DNA of 64,000 nucleotides from an uncultured Clostridium sp. (GCA_964370905.1 CAYJKK010000003.1:43118-107117); one strand, 5' to 3'. Numbered from the stretch's first letter, positions 1 through 10,431 are shown. The notes: generated by a model not told the origin, from the letters alone. Numbers and translations are program-made.

Positions 1-212
1 ATAAATTCTTCGATCTGAGATTCATTTCGGATTTTCCCATTTTGAATTTCTACAGTACCTAAATTTTTTTCCTGAATATTTTCTATAAATTCAAATGTTT
101 CAATAGTGTCTGGATTTAATTGAATATATCTATTTACTAAAATCAATATCGATATAATTATTATAATAGCGCTCATCCCTAGAAAAATTTTTATATTAAC
201 ATTTTTATCCAT
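1..212 (-). CDS. hypothetical N-terminally membrane-anchored protein (partial; C-terminal part lies outside the window)
   Basis: Own translation of the minus strand. ATG at 212-210 follows an AAGGGG SD. MDKNVNIKIFLGMSAIIIIISILILVNRYIQLNPDTIETFEF... stays open to base 1. Not in the ORF track because there is no stop in the window. Confidence 0.45.
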   Translation of the reverse strand, partial: MDKNVNIKIFLGMSAIIIIISILILVNRYIQLNPDTIETFEFIENIQEKNLGTVEIQNGKIRNESQIEEF

Positions 213-354
213 TTTGTACCCCTTATATTCAAATTTTATATATTAATTATATCTACTTTTACGAAAAAAACAAGTAAATCCTTTATTTACTTGTTATGTA
301 TTACTAATTATATTTAACAAAACTAATTTATTGTATTGTTTTGAAAGTTATATG

Positions 355-1033
355 TTATATTTCTTCATCTATTCTATAATGTCCTGTTATCTCCTGAAAT
401 TTTATATATATTTCAAGTATATCTTGTTCTCTATCTGCTTGTCCGTGAATTATGTATTAAATATGGTATTCCTTTTGAATTTCTTCTATCTGAAATAATC
501 CCTATATGTTCTTCTCCAAATATTACAATATCTCCTGCTTGCCATTTCTCTATTTCATAAATGTCATTAGTAAGTATCGTTAAGTGTCTATCCATGTATA
601 CTTTTAAATTCTTTACTCTTCTAAAATCTATATTTGTATCAATAATTGGAGTTACTTCTGGATATAGTTCTAAATTATTTTTTATATCCTCATCTACTGC
701 ATCTTTCAAATTATATCCTGCTGCCATTAATGCTCTCCATATAACATCTGTACATACACCTATATCATCTGGTGGATATCCTCCAGCATAATAGCTACTC
801 CCATCATATGTTGGCATATTTTCTGCATCTTTTCTTGCTCCTAGTAATATATCAGTATAATCATCTATTCCATCATTATCAAAATCTGTTTCACTAATAT
901 GTAATTCCATATCAAAGTCTGAATTTGTATAATATTTAGGCTCTACTATTCCTTGATATATTAGTATATTATATATCAATACTATTAATACAGCAATTAA
1001 AATCACTGTAAATATACCTAATACTTTTTTCAA
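355..1033 (-). pseudogene. DUF1287-family protein, frame broken at in-frame CGG (445-443); ORF-track fragment is 431..1033
   Basis: Signal anchor plus DUF1287-like core (GYPPDDIGVCTDVIWRA, GDIVIFGEEHIGIISD, PYLIHNS). After TCA CGG the 0 frame gives RTSR*. The +1 frame gives GQADREQDILEIYIKFQEITGHYRIDEEI* (stop 357-355), a plausible family C-terminus. Confidence 0.65.
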
Positions 1034-1075
1034 ATCTATCAGCTCCCTTTATTTATTCTAACTTTTAAATGAAAC

Positions 1076-1585
1076 TTATTTATCTTTGCTAATTATCTCT
1101 TCTTTGTTATCTTTTTTAAATTTTACATATAGGCAAATTGAAGAATATATAAAAAATGTAGCTAATAATATTGCATTAAAATTATTTGTAAGCATTCCAT
1201 TTTCAAAATAGTATGTAATTCCAAAATCAATGTAGCCTAATATTGCTGGCAATAAATTCATCATCCCTGCTATTAAAAATATAATTATTGCAAATATAGG
1301 GCTTTTCTCTCTATAACTTAAATATGATCCTTTAAATGTTGTTACAGTCATAAAGTATATTGTTGGAATATATGCTAATACTAAAGCTTGTATTGAAGTT
1401 GGTGCCCAAATATAATACTCATTAATAAATCCATTTACTACTACCAATAACATTAATATAAAAAAACATCTAGTCATAACCTTATATCGTATACTCATTT
1501 GGTATTCATCAAAATCGTTGTTTTTTCTTTCAACTTCCACTTTTTTACTTTCTTTCATCTTCATCAACCTCCCAAAATAAATCAT
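1076..1585 (-). CDS. hypothetical integral membrane protein (about 4 TM helices)
   Basis: ORF track with several long hydrophobic stretches. The true start is probably an internal Met (MKMKESKK, near 1564/1558), overlapping the stop of the upstream HTH gene. Confidence 0.6.
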   Translation of the reverse strand: MIYFGRLMKMKESKKVEVERKNNDFDEYQMSIRYKVMTRCFFILMLLVVVNGFINEYYIWAPTSIQALVLAYIPTIYFMTVTTFKGSYLSYREKSPIFAIIIFLIAGMMNLLPAILGYIDFGITYYFENGMLTNNFNAILLATFFIYSSICLYVKFKKDNKEEIISKDK

Positions 1586-1769
1586 TTAATGTTTTGTCTA
1601 AAACTTTACAGATTTTTATACATAAATTGATAGATGGGTTATAGTCCCCTTTTTCAATAGCTGTTATCGTTTGCCTACTTACATTGATTGAATCTGCTAA
1701 ATCTGATTGTGTTAAATCTTTAGCTACTCTAGCTGATTTTACTCTTAAGTTTTTTGCCATCTTAATCAC
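1545..1769 (-). CDS. small XRE/Cro-CI family helix-turn-helix transcriptional regulator
   Basis: 74 aa. Typical HTH_3 core LTQSDLADSINVSRQTITAIEKGDYNPSINLCIKICKVL. Confidence 0.85.
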   Translation of the reverse strand: MIKMAKNLRVKSARVAKDLTQSDLADSINVSRQTITAIEKGDYNPSINLCIKICKVLDKTLNDLFWEVDEDERK

Positions 1770-1866
1770 CTCTTAAATATATTGTACGTTATCATTTACT
1801 TTTTGTCAAATATGTTTTACATTTTATCATAAATGTTTAGCAAAATTATATTTTCCTAATACTTTA

Positions 1867-2493
1867 TTAAATTATTTGCTCTAAATTTAGTAATTTATTT
1901 TCTTTAAATGTTAGTTTTAATAAACATGGTGATGTTATATCTAATACTTTATCTTTATATTCTAATTTAACATTTTCATTTACCGTACACCAATTTAAAA
2001 GTAAAAATTTAATTGAACCACCATGACTTATTACAGCTATTTTCTTCCCTGAATATTCTTTTAAAACTTTTTCCATAAAGTTTGTCATTCTTATATTTGT
2101 ATCTTCTGCACTTTCTCCATCAGATGTTTTAAAATTCCTATATACTAATTGTTCTTGTGATGGATCTCTTGTTTGTTTATCTTGCATAAATACACCTAGT
2201 TCTTCTAAATCACCTAACTTTCTTTCACTTAAATTGCTATCTAAATTTATTTCTAAATTATTCACATTAGCAATATATTTTGCTGTAGATTTTGCTCTAG
2301 TATATGGACTACTCCAAATAACATCAATATTGCTTAATTCTGAATTTTGACTTAATATTTTAGATTGTTCTTCACCATATACTGATAAAATTTCTTTTTC
2401 ATTTATTTCCTGTGAATTTTCATTAGTATTTCTAATTCCTTTTTCATCGTGTGTTTCACTATGTCTTATTAAATATATTATTGTGTTTTCCAT
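1867..2493 (-). CDS. histidine phosphatase (phosphoglycerate-mutase-like) family protein
   Basis: N-terminal IYLIRHSETH (RHG-type motif) and C-terminal VISHGGSIK. Confidence 0.8.
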   Translation of the reverse strand: MENTIIYLIRHSETHDEKGIRNTNENSQEINEKEILSVYGEEQSKILSQNSELSNIDVIWSSPYTRAKSTAKYIANVNNLEINLDSNLSERKLGDLEELGVFMQDKQTRDPSQEQLVYRNFKTSDGESAEDTNIRMTNFMEKVLKEYSGKKIAVISHGGSIKFLLLNWCTVNENVKLEYKDKVLDITSPCLLKLTFKENKLLNLEQII

Positions 2494-2525
2494 TTAAAGC
2501 AACTCCTTTACTTTATTCTACAATT

Positions 2526-3107
2526 CTATTTTATTTTTCTTGCTATAACATTATATATATGCCAATGCTTTATTTTTCCCATTCCTGTTTTTCCATCTTT
2601 TTCTAATTCTTCGAATTTAATAATTTCAAAACTATTAAATAATTCTCTAACTTCCTTTTCTTCTAAAAAAGTCATTTTTTCTTTTATACTTTTCCATGAA
2701 TCATTTATCCCAAAGAAATTCCCAACAAAATATCCATCAATTTCAATGCTTTCTACTATTCTATTCCATACCTTTTCAAACTTATATTTATTACAAAACG
2801 GCAAACTATAATTAGCTAATATTAATTTATTTTTGTATAATTCTAAATCTTCAAAAGTAGCAACTTTAAAATTAAATTTATCAATTTCACTAAAACTTAA
2901 TTTACTTTTAATTAAGTCTTCTGTATTTTCCTTATCTATACAGGTCATATCCCATCCATTTTTAATTAGATATATACTATCTCTCCCTGCTCCTGTTCCC
3001 AATTCTATTCCTTTTGATGGTTGTATTCCTAACGCTATAAATTCTTTTGTTAATTCATGTGGTAATGCATTTTCCGTATTTTTATAATATTCTTGTATAC
3101 TATCCAT
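2526..3107 (-). CDS. class I SAM-dependent methyltransferase
   Basis: Motif I ELGTGAGRDSIYL. 193 aa, a small-molecule MTase size. Confidence 0.75.
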   Translation of the reverse strand: MDSIQEYYKNTENALPHELTKEFIALGIQPSKGIELGTGAGRDSIYLIKNGWDMTCIDKENTEDLIKSKLSFSEIDKFNFKVATFEDLELYKNKLILANYSLPFCNKYKFEKVWNRIVESIEIDGYFVGNFFGINDSWKSIKEKMTFLEEKEVRELFNSFEIIKFEELEKDGKTGMGKIKHWHIYNVIARKIK

Positions 3108-3131
3108 TAATACCTCCTATTTAGATATATT

Positions 3132-3320
3132 TTAACATACTTTTTGTTCTTTTTCTAATTCAAAATCAATTCCAAATATGTTTTTATCTTTTAAATATTC
3201 TTCAACATTTCTGTTTTCTGATTTTTCAAATTCATTATCTACATCAATATAATATTTCATAGTTCGAGTTATATCTGAATATCCTAATATTAATCCTAGT
3301 ATAAACATTAAATTAATCAC
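3132..3320 (-). CDS. hypothetical small protein
   Basis: ORF track only, 62 aa. Same strand as and tightly spaced with its neighbours. Confidence 0.35.
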   Translation of the reverse strand: MINLMFILGLILGYSDITRTMKYYIDVDNEFEKSENRNVEEYLKDKNIFGIDFELEKEQKVC

Positions 3321-3347
3321 TCACTTACATCAAAAAAACTAACAAAT

Positions 3348-4187
3348 TTAATTGTTATTTTCCTTATTCTTTTTGATTTTATTTTTCAATTGTTGTACTG
3401 TTAATAGTTCTGATTTATTTCTATGTATCATTCTATGACAATTACTACATATACAGTCTAAATCCTCTTTAATATTTATATTTGTTTCTTTTTCATTCAT
3501 ATGTAATGGTTCATTATGATGAACTTCAATAAAATCTTTTCCTACTTCTCCATACACCTTTTCAAAATCAAATCCGCATGCCTGACATTCTATCTTTCCG
3601 GTAACATTTTTTAAATAAGCTATGGCTAATTGTCTATTCTTTGGATTTCTTTCATAAATAGTCGTATATTTCATAATTTTTTTACCTTCTTTTGCTGGAA
3701 CAATACTTTCCAGAACATTTTCATAATTTAAACTATTATAATTTATATTCTCATAATTAAATTCTGGAATTTCATTTATTGCCTCTATTAATTCTATTCT
3801 TAATTTCCACACAAAATTTTTACTCTCATTAAAATCAATATGCCAACCTTCAAAAGGTACACACCAAAAAGATTCTTTACCATCATCAGATTCAGATTCC
3901 ACCCAAAATCTATAATTCAAATGTTTATGTATTCTATGTACTAAACCTTTTACAATCCCATTATATGGACTTCCTTTTTGTTTTGGTTCATATTTGGTCA
4001 TAATTGTTCTTGAAGTCGCTTGATAATCTTCTTCATTATACCAATATAGTATCATGTCTTTAGCTTCTTTATAAAAAACATTACTATCTAATAGCATTTC
4101 TTTCCATTCTTCTTTTGTAATATCTATATCTACAAAATATATTCCATTTTCTTTTTTTAATCTTTTATGAATACCTTTATCTTTCAT
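3348..4187 (-). CDS. HNH endonuclease-domain protein with uncharacterised N-terminal domain
   Basis: C-terminal CQACGFDF...EVHHNEPL...CICSNCHRMIH (HNH with paired Cys). I do not recognise the first ~190 aa. Confidence 0.75.
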   Translation of the reverse strand: MKDKGIHKRLKKENGIYFVDIDITKEEWKEMLLDSNVFYKEAKDMILYWYNEEDYQATSRTIMTKYEPKQKGSPYNGIVKGLVHRIHKHLNYRFWVESESDDGKESFWCVPFEGWHIDFNESKNFVWKLRIELIEAINEIPEFNYENINYNSLNYENVLESIVPAKEGKKIMKYTTIYERNPKNRQLAIAYLKNVTGKIECQACGFDFEKVYGEVGKDFIEVHHNEPLHMNEKETNINIKEDLDCICSNCHRMIHRNKSELLTVQQLKNKIKKNKENNN

Positions 4188-4767
4188 ATTTTCACCTCTT
4201 TGTACAATATAATGATATTATATAATTATTTTCAAGTAAATACAATCTCTTTTTCAAAGTCTACAACTTCAAACATAATAGCTGTTATACTGTTATTTAA
4301 ACTCCTAATACATTCACCTGGCTAGAATATATTAGAAAATTCTTTATTCTTATTCCGTACCATTTCAAAGTCACCATATCTTAATTCAGATAACTGACTT
4401 ATCCATTTACTAATTATTTCCTTACTTATTTAAAATAATTTAGTACGATATTGATTTTAAGAATAACAAAAGTCCCTCTAATTAGAAATATCTGTTATTT
4501 CACTATATAATAGCTTTTCATTAGGTTTTATTAGTATCCAACCTGACATTTGCAAGTATAATCGCATAGCAATTTATTTCATTTTCATTCATAGCTATCC
4601 CCTTCAAAAACTGTATATAATTTTTTAGAGACATTTCACTACTTTTTTGAGGTTTCTGCGAATTTTTTTAAAATCCCATAGAAAAAAGAGTATCACTCAA
4701 TCACTTGATATGACACTCTTTCAGCTTTTTAGAATATTTTTTCAGTTTTCTAAAATTTCTTTAAATA

Positions 4768-4780
4768 TGGTCGAGGCGAC
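4768..4780. repeat. putative att core, left copy (TGGTCGAGGCGAC), remnant of the tRNA-Pro 3' end
   Basis: 12/13 identity with 16521-16533 (TGGTCGAGGAGAC), which is the 3' end (CCA plus acceptor stem) of tRNA-Pro read on the + strand. Lies about 90 bp outside the integrase gene. Confidence 0.5.
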
Positions 4781-4870
4781 CAGACACGCATTAGCTAGGA
4801 ATATTTATATATCAGCTTTTTTTAGCTGTTAATTTTTTTGCAGAAAACTTTTGTAGAAATTTTTCAAATT

Positions 4871-6175
4871 TTATTCCGATAAATAATCTATATATTTTTG
4901 TTTTTCACTTTGCTTATAATAGTTATATATGTTGCCATATGTATCTATTGTTGTTTGTATTTTATCATGTCCCATTAAGGCTTGTAAAACTGGAAGTGAA
5001 ACACCAGCTTCTATACATCTTGTTGCAAATGTATGTCTTAATGAATGTGTATTTACATCTTTATCTATTTTTAGTTTCTCACATATTCTCTTAAATGAAG
5101 AATTAATAGCAGTTGTTGTTAATAATTCGCCATCTTCATTAAAGAAAATTAATTTACTTTTATTTTTTTCATTTTCTCTTGCAACTCTCACGCTATTTGC
5201 TAGAAAATCTTTGAAAAAATTATTAATACCAACTTGTCTTGTTCCATTTTTAGTTTTAGAAATACTAGAATTATGAATAATAACTTCTCCATTAATTCCT
5301 TTAGATAATATTTTAGTTATTTTAATCTGATTACTCTCAAAATCCACATCATTTATATCTAGTGCTAAACATTCCCCTACTCTAATTCCAGTATGAAGTA
5401 ACACTAAAAATATATCTCTATATTTACACTCATTTTCTTTAATGTATTTTTCAAATTGTTTTTGTTCTAAAAATGTTAATGCTTCTACTTCTTTATCTGC
5501 TTTTTTGCTAATAGGTCTTTCTATACAACTAAAACCTTGAAAGAAATTAGTTTTTATAAAATGTTTATCTATAGCATAATCATAAATTCTTTTTAGCATA
5601 GAATAGTCTTTTTTTATTAATGAATTTGATTTGATTCTTTCTGATTCTAAAAAATCATCTATCTGTTTTTTAGTAACTTTCTCAATAGGCATAGTAGAAA
5701 ACTTATATTGTTTAATTCTATTTAAAGTTGCTATATTAGTTTGATAAGTATTACCACCTATCTTCCCTTTATTTAATTTATCTTTTTCTAATTCTAAACC
5801 TACTTGAAAAATTGTTTTTTCATATTTATTAATTCCCATAGGTACACCATTTAATCTAACAAATTCCCTAAAATCAATAATCTTTTTATATACATCTTCT
5901 TGACTCTTACCTGTAAATGTCTTGTATATTGGTTTTCCAGTTCGTTCATCAAAATCTATAATAACCCTTGCTCTTGATTGTTTAGTAAAATAATATTTAT
6001 CACAACTTGCTGTATTTTTACATTTTTCACATTTACTACAATTTGTTAAATCTTTTCTGTTATTACATATTGATCTGTCCTTACATTTTCCACAGGTATT
6101 GCACATTTGTGGATTATTATTCTTTTTAGGTTTTCTTAAATCATATGTTGAAACTTTTATTTCTTTTTCCTTCAA
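4871..6175 (-). CDS. tyrosine-type site-specific integrase with Cys-rich N-terminal segment
   Basis: C-terminal HSLRHTFATRCIEAG...LMGHDKIQTTIDTYGNIY (HxxR ... Y catalytic region). N-terminal CNTCGKCKDRSICNN..CSKCEKCKNTASC. TTG start 5 nt after GGAGGG. Confidence 0.9.
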   Translation of the reverse strand: MKEKEIKVSTYDLRKPKKNNNPQMCNTCGKCKDRSICNNRKDLTNCSKCEKCKNTASCDKYYFTKQSRARVIIDFDERTGKPIYKTFTGKSQEDVYKKIIDFREFVRLNGVPMGINKYEKTIFQVGLELEKDKLNKGKIGGNTYQTNIATLNRIKQYKFSTMPIEKVTKKQIDDFLESERIKSNSLIKKDYSMLKRIYDYAIDKHFIKTNFFQGFSCIERPISKKADKEVEALTFLEQKQFEKYIKENECKYRDIFLVLLHTGIRVGECLALDINDVDFESNQIKITKILSKGINGEVIIHNSSISKTKNGTRQVGINNFFKDFLANSVRVARENEKNKSKLIFFNEDGELLTTTAINSSFKRICEKLKIDKDVNTHSLRHTFATRCIEAGVSLPVLQALMGHDKIQTTIDTYGNIYNYYKQSEKQKYIDYLSE

Positions 6176-6283
6176 TTATTCCCTCCTTTTTCTGTAATTA
6201 AAGGAAATACCTTGATATTACACCTAAAATAGTGTAAAATTAATTTGCTTAAAGTTATATAAGGCATTTCCTTATATGATTTT

Positions 6284-6505
6284 CTATGAAGGTTTAATTT
6301 GCGAGATTAAATCTTCTTTTGTTTTTAATACATGTTTTTGACTTAAATATTTTATAAAGGCATCTTTTGCAACTAAAAATTTTCTTCCTAATTGCTGTGC
6401 TGGAAAGTCTTCCGAATGAAACAGCTTCAAGCACTTTGATTTCCCTATTTTCAGTATTCTACATACATCGTCAGTTGTATATAATTCGACATCAAAATCT
6501 TTCAT
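6284..6505 (-). CDS. excisionase-type helix-turn-helix DNA-binding protein
   Basis: 73 aa. YTTDDVCRILKIGKSKCLKLF...LGRKFLVAKDAFIKYL. Sits directly upstream of the integrase. Confidence 0.7.
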   Translation of the reverse strand: MKDFDVELYTTDDVCRILKIGKSKCLKLFHSEDFPAQQLGRKFLVAKDAFIKYLSQKHVLKTKEDLISQIKPS

Positions 6506-6670
6506 TTTTCACCACCTTTCTATTGACTTTCGTTTTAAATTAGAGTATTATGTTTGTGAGAGATTTACCGAAACTCAATACATTGCTATTATACATAGAC
6601 AATATTATATTGTCAAGTTAATTTGTAAAAAAAATATAAATTTCTCACTTTATAACAGGAGGTTATCTAA

Positions 6671-7762
6671 TTGATAGCAAACAATAATAATGTAAATTAC
6701 CCATTATATATATGGTTTGATGAAGATTCAAAAGAAGAATACTACACAGCCGAACTATTTTTACTTGGTACAAATAGAGTTGACCAAGAGCAAAATAGTA
6801 TGTCTTTAAAATTTGTAGCACCACTCGATAATGTTCAAGAAGATGGTACTATTCTTAAACACCCATCATACCGAAGTCATCCCTATGTAGATAGAATAGG
6901 AAATATGCTTGTAAGACTTTTAAATGCTGATTTTAGCACATTTGAAAATGGATACAACACTTTCTTCTATGCTTATGGATTTGACACTTTAAATACATAT
7001 ATGGGAATTAATGAAACAAAAACAAACTTTAAATCAATAAAAGATTTTAAAAAATATTATAGAGATTTCTTTAAACAAGCTAAAAAACATTTACTAAAAA
7101 TACAAAAAGACTTTAAAGAAGCTGTAGATATTTTATATAACTTATCAGAAGTAAATGAATACTCTGAATTTAGCCCTAAATCTAAAATAATTGCACTTTT
7201 AATAAAACATGAAACAGATTTATATACATATACTCACAATTTGAATTTGGAATATGAGAAATATTCTCATAAGAAAAATGATTACATAAATACACCATTA
7301 AATGATTTAATGGGAAAAATTGAACATAACGAAATACTTAAAACTAGAACTATTTATTCTAGTCAGTATTTAGGAGATATTTGTTATTGTATTTTAAATA
7401 CTTTAACTAATATGGATAATATACTTATCAAGAAATGTAAAAGATGTGGTAGATATTTTATACCTAATGTTAGAAACGATGAGATATATTGTGATATTCA
7501 AAATATCGATGGTAGCAGTACTTGTAGAGAATTAGGTGCAAAAGAAACTTACAAAAAGAATTTAGAAAATGTACCTGCTTTACTTGAATACAGAAGATCT
7601 TATCAAAAGAAACTTATGTATTGTAGTAGAAATAAGGATGATAAGAAACTAAAGAAAGATTTTGATAACTGGAGAAAAAGTGCTCAATTTAAAATTAAGG
7701 AATACAAGAATGGAAAACTTAATGAAGATGAGTTGTTAGAGTGGATGAATGAAAATAAATAG
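6671..7762 (+). CDS. hypothetical protein with C-terminal Cys cluster
   Basis: ORF track, 363 aa. TTG start after AGGAGG. CKRCGRYFIP..IYCD...STC motif. Family not recognised with confidence. Confidence 0.6.
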   Translation: MIANNNNVNYPLYIWFDEDSKEEYYTAELFLLGTNRVDQEQNSMSLKFVAPLDNVQEDGTILKHPSYRSHPYVDRIGNMLVRLLNADFSTFENGYNTFFYAYGFDTLNTYMGINETKTNFKSIKDFKKYYRDFFKQAKKHLLKIQKDFKEAVDILYNLSEVNEYSEFSPKSKIIALLIKHETDLYTYTHNLNLEYEKYSHKKNDYINTPLNDLMGKIEHNEILKTRTIYSSQYLGDICYCILNTLTNMDNILIKKCKRCGRYFIPNVRNDEIYCDIQNIDGSSTCRELGAKETYKKNLENVPALLEYRRSYQKKLMYCSRNKDDKKLKKDFDNWRKSAQFKIKEYKNGKLNEDELLEWMNENK

Positions 7763-7771
7763 GAGGAAGAA

Positions 7772-9499
7772 ATGGCTAATATAAATGATCATAAATATGT
7801 TAAATTACAAAGTAAAAATATATATAAATATATTCCCAATATGCCTAAAAGTTTAGAAAATGAAAAACAAGAAATTATAGGGTTTTATCATTATGTTTTA
7901 GAAAAGATAACAGGAGTACAAGATGCTAACGATATACAAGAATTAATTCAAGATCAAGAATATGTTGGATTATATAATGGAATTGTAGAAAATGATTTAG
8001 GAATAGATGCTGTTTATATAAATACAGAATCTAATCCCGAAAAGGAGATTATGATATTTAATTTTAAATATTGTAAAACTTTTAAACCTGAACAAACTCC
8101 AAGCGAAAATGACATTGCAACAAGCTTAAAATTTTTTCAGTATATAAAACCTACAAATATGATAAGTGCTAATATTAATAAAAATTCGAAAGTGTACAAT
8201 AATATCCAAAAAATAAGAGAATGCCTAAATAGTGATGATATATATAAAGTGACGTTATATATGATTACCAATAAACCTAATGGCTATGCACAGCAAGCTG
8301 ATGAAATGGTCCAAGCATTCATACAAAATTATGATATGTCTATAGTTGATATTAATTTAGATGATATAATTTCATATGCGGATATAAAAAAAGAAAAGAG
8401 CTCTTGTAAAATGATTTTTTCAGCAAATGATTTAATAAATTATAAAATTGATGAAAAATCAACAGAAGTTTCCTATATTACTAAAATACCTCTGTTAGAT
8501 TTAATAAGAATTACTTGTAATAATACGGAATTTAGAATGAAACAAAATTTAGAGGACAGTGATATGGTTAATTTTCAAGATGTAAATTTACAATATTCTT
8601 TATTATATGATAATGTTAGGGGTTATTTAGGTAACACTACATATAATAAAAACATATATAAAACTATTCATAATACACCAAAAGAATTTTTTATGTTTAA
8701 TAATGGAATAACTATTACTAGTGAAAATATAAAATGTGAAAAAATTAACTTTGCTGAAAAATATTTATTAGAACTCAATGATTTTCAAATAGTAAATGGA
8801 GGACAGACATTACGTTCAGCATATAATTATTTTATTAATAATACTTCTGAAAACAAATATGAAAAATTAAAACAAAGTCAAGTGCTAATTAGAGTATTTA
8901 AAATAAATACAAATCAAGATTTTTTAAAAAACAATATCGCTGAATATACCAATAGCCAAAATGCGATATCTTCTACAGACTTAAAATCAATTAATCCTAT
9001 ACAAATTGAAATAGAGAGGCACTTAGAAGTAGAAAATATATTGTATATTAGAAAAGCAGGAGATGTTGGAAATGAAGAAAAAAGATATGATTATCGAATT
9101 TCAATGGAAAAATTCACTCAAATATTATATTCTTCAAAAGGGTATCCCGAACGCGTTAGTAATGTTAAGAAAAGACTGTTTTCAACATATTATGAAGAAA
9201 TATATAGCGATTTTGATATTAACAAAGCTAAAGAATTGATAATATTATATAATGATGTAGAGGATTTTTACAAGGAAAATAAAATAAATAAGTATAGTCA
9301 AAAAATGTTTTATATTATCTTTATTGTCTTAAAGTATAATATAAATATATATACTTCAAATAAATATTTGAGTGAAGTACTAAAAAACGAACAACAAAAT
9401 ATTTCTCTAAGTGAATCTAGGATTTTATTAAAAAAGGATTTTAAAATTAAATTATGTGAATATATCAATGAAAAATTAAACATTAAGGATGTGAACTAA
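7772..9499 (+). CDS. AIPR-family abortive-infection (phage resistance) protein
   Basis: 575 aa. Characteristic C-terminal half with FMFNNGITITSE and QIVNGGQTLRS. Confidence 0.75.
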   Translation: MANINDHKYVKLQSKNIYKYIPNMPKSLENEKQEIIGFYHYVLEKITGVQDANDIQELIQDQEYVGLYNGIVENDLGIDAVYINTESNPEKEIMIFNFKYCKTFKPEQTPSENDIATSLKFFQYIKPTNMISANINKNSKVYNNIQKIRECLNSDDIYKVTLYMITNKPNGYAQQADEMVQAFIQNYDMSIVDINLDDIISYADIKKEKSSCKMIFSANDLINYKIDEKSTEVSYITKIPLLDLIRITCNNTEFRMKQNLEDSDMVNFQDVNLQYSLLYDNVRGYLGNTTYNKNIYKTIHNTPKEFFMFNNGITITSENIKCEKINFAEKYLLELNDFQIVNGGQTLRSAYNYFINNTSENKYEKLKQSQVLIRVFKINTNQDFLKNNIAEYTNSQNAISSTDLKSINPIQIEIERHLEVENILYIRKAGDVGNEEKRYDYRISMEKFTQILYSSKGYPERVSNVKKRLFSTYYEEIYSDFDINKAKELIILYNDVEDFYKENKINKYSQKMFYIIFIVLKYNINIYTSNKYLSEVLKNEQQNISLSESRILLKKDFKIKLCEYINEKLNIKDVN

Positions 9500-10400
9500 T
9501 TGTTAAATGTAATTAAACCCTTCGTAAAATGGGCTGGTGGTAAAGGAAGTTTACTATCACAAATAAATACATACTATCCATTTGAATTAGCAAATGGACA
9601 AATAAATACATATATAGAACCTTTTGTAGGTGGTCGGAGCTGTACTTATAGATATTTTACAAAAATATCAAATAAATAATGTATATGCTTTTGATATAAA
9701 TCAAGATTTAATAAACTCGTATAAAATTATTAAGTCTAATGTTGATGAACTTATTTCTAATCTAAAAGTTATTGAAAAAGAATTTTTAGAATTAGATACA
9801 GATAATAGAAAAGAATATTACTATAATATCCGTGAAAAATATAATAATTTAAAACTTAAAGAAAATGAATTATCTGTTGAAAAGGCAGTACAATTTATAT
9901 TTCTAAATAGAACTTGTTTTAATGGATTATATAGAGTAAATAAATCTGGTGGATTTAATGTACCTATGGGAAATTATAAAAATCCAACAATATGTGATGA
10001 AAGTAATCTGAAAGCTTTATCAGGCTTAATTCAAAATGTTACTTTTATTCATGGTAACTATAAAGATAGTGAACAATATGTGTGCAATAGTACATTTACA
10101 TATTTTGATCCACCATATAGACCTTTAAATATTACATCTGGATTCACTTCATATACAAAAGAAGATTTTAATGATGAAAATCAAAAAGAACTTGCAGAGT
10201 ATTTTAGTAACTTACATAACAGACAAGCTCTAGTAATGTTAAGTAACTCAAATCCTAAAAATACTAACAAAGAAGATACTTTTTTTGATGAACTATATGC
10301 TAATTTCAATATAAATGAAATTATGGCAAATCGAATGATAAATGCTAATAGTGCAGGTCGTGGTAAAATATCTGAAATATTAGTTACTAATTATAACTAG
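9500..10400 (+). pseudogene. dam: Dam/DpnM-like GATC N6-adenine DNA methyltransferase, frame broken at in-frame CGG (9635-9637)
   Basis: TTG 9500 gives MLNVIKPFVKWAGGKGSLL...YIEPFVGG, then CGG and out of frame (RSCTYRYFTKISNK*). The +1 frame continues GAVLIDILQKYQINNVYAFDIN...YFDPPY (motif IV), which is ORF-track 9630..10400. Skipping C9635 restores motif I EPFVGGGAVL. Confidence 0.85.
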
Positions 10401-10431
10401 TACTTATGCAAATTAGATGGAGGTATAAAGC

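Noticed and set aside
4647-4832. 61-aa ORF in the HNH-integrase gap
   Set aside because: No SD. It spans the putative att remnant, and its composition looks non-coding.
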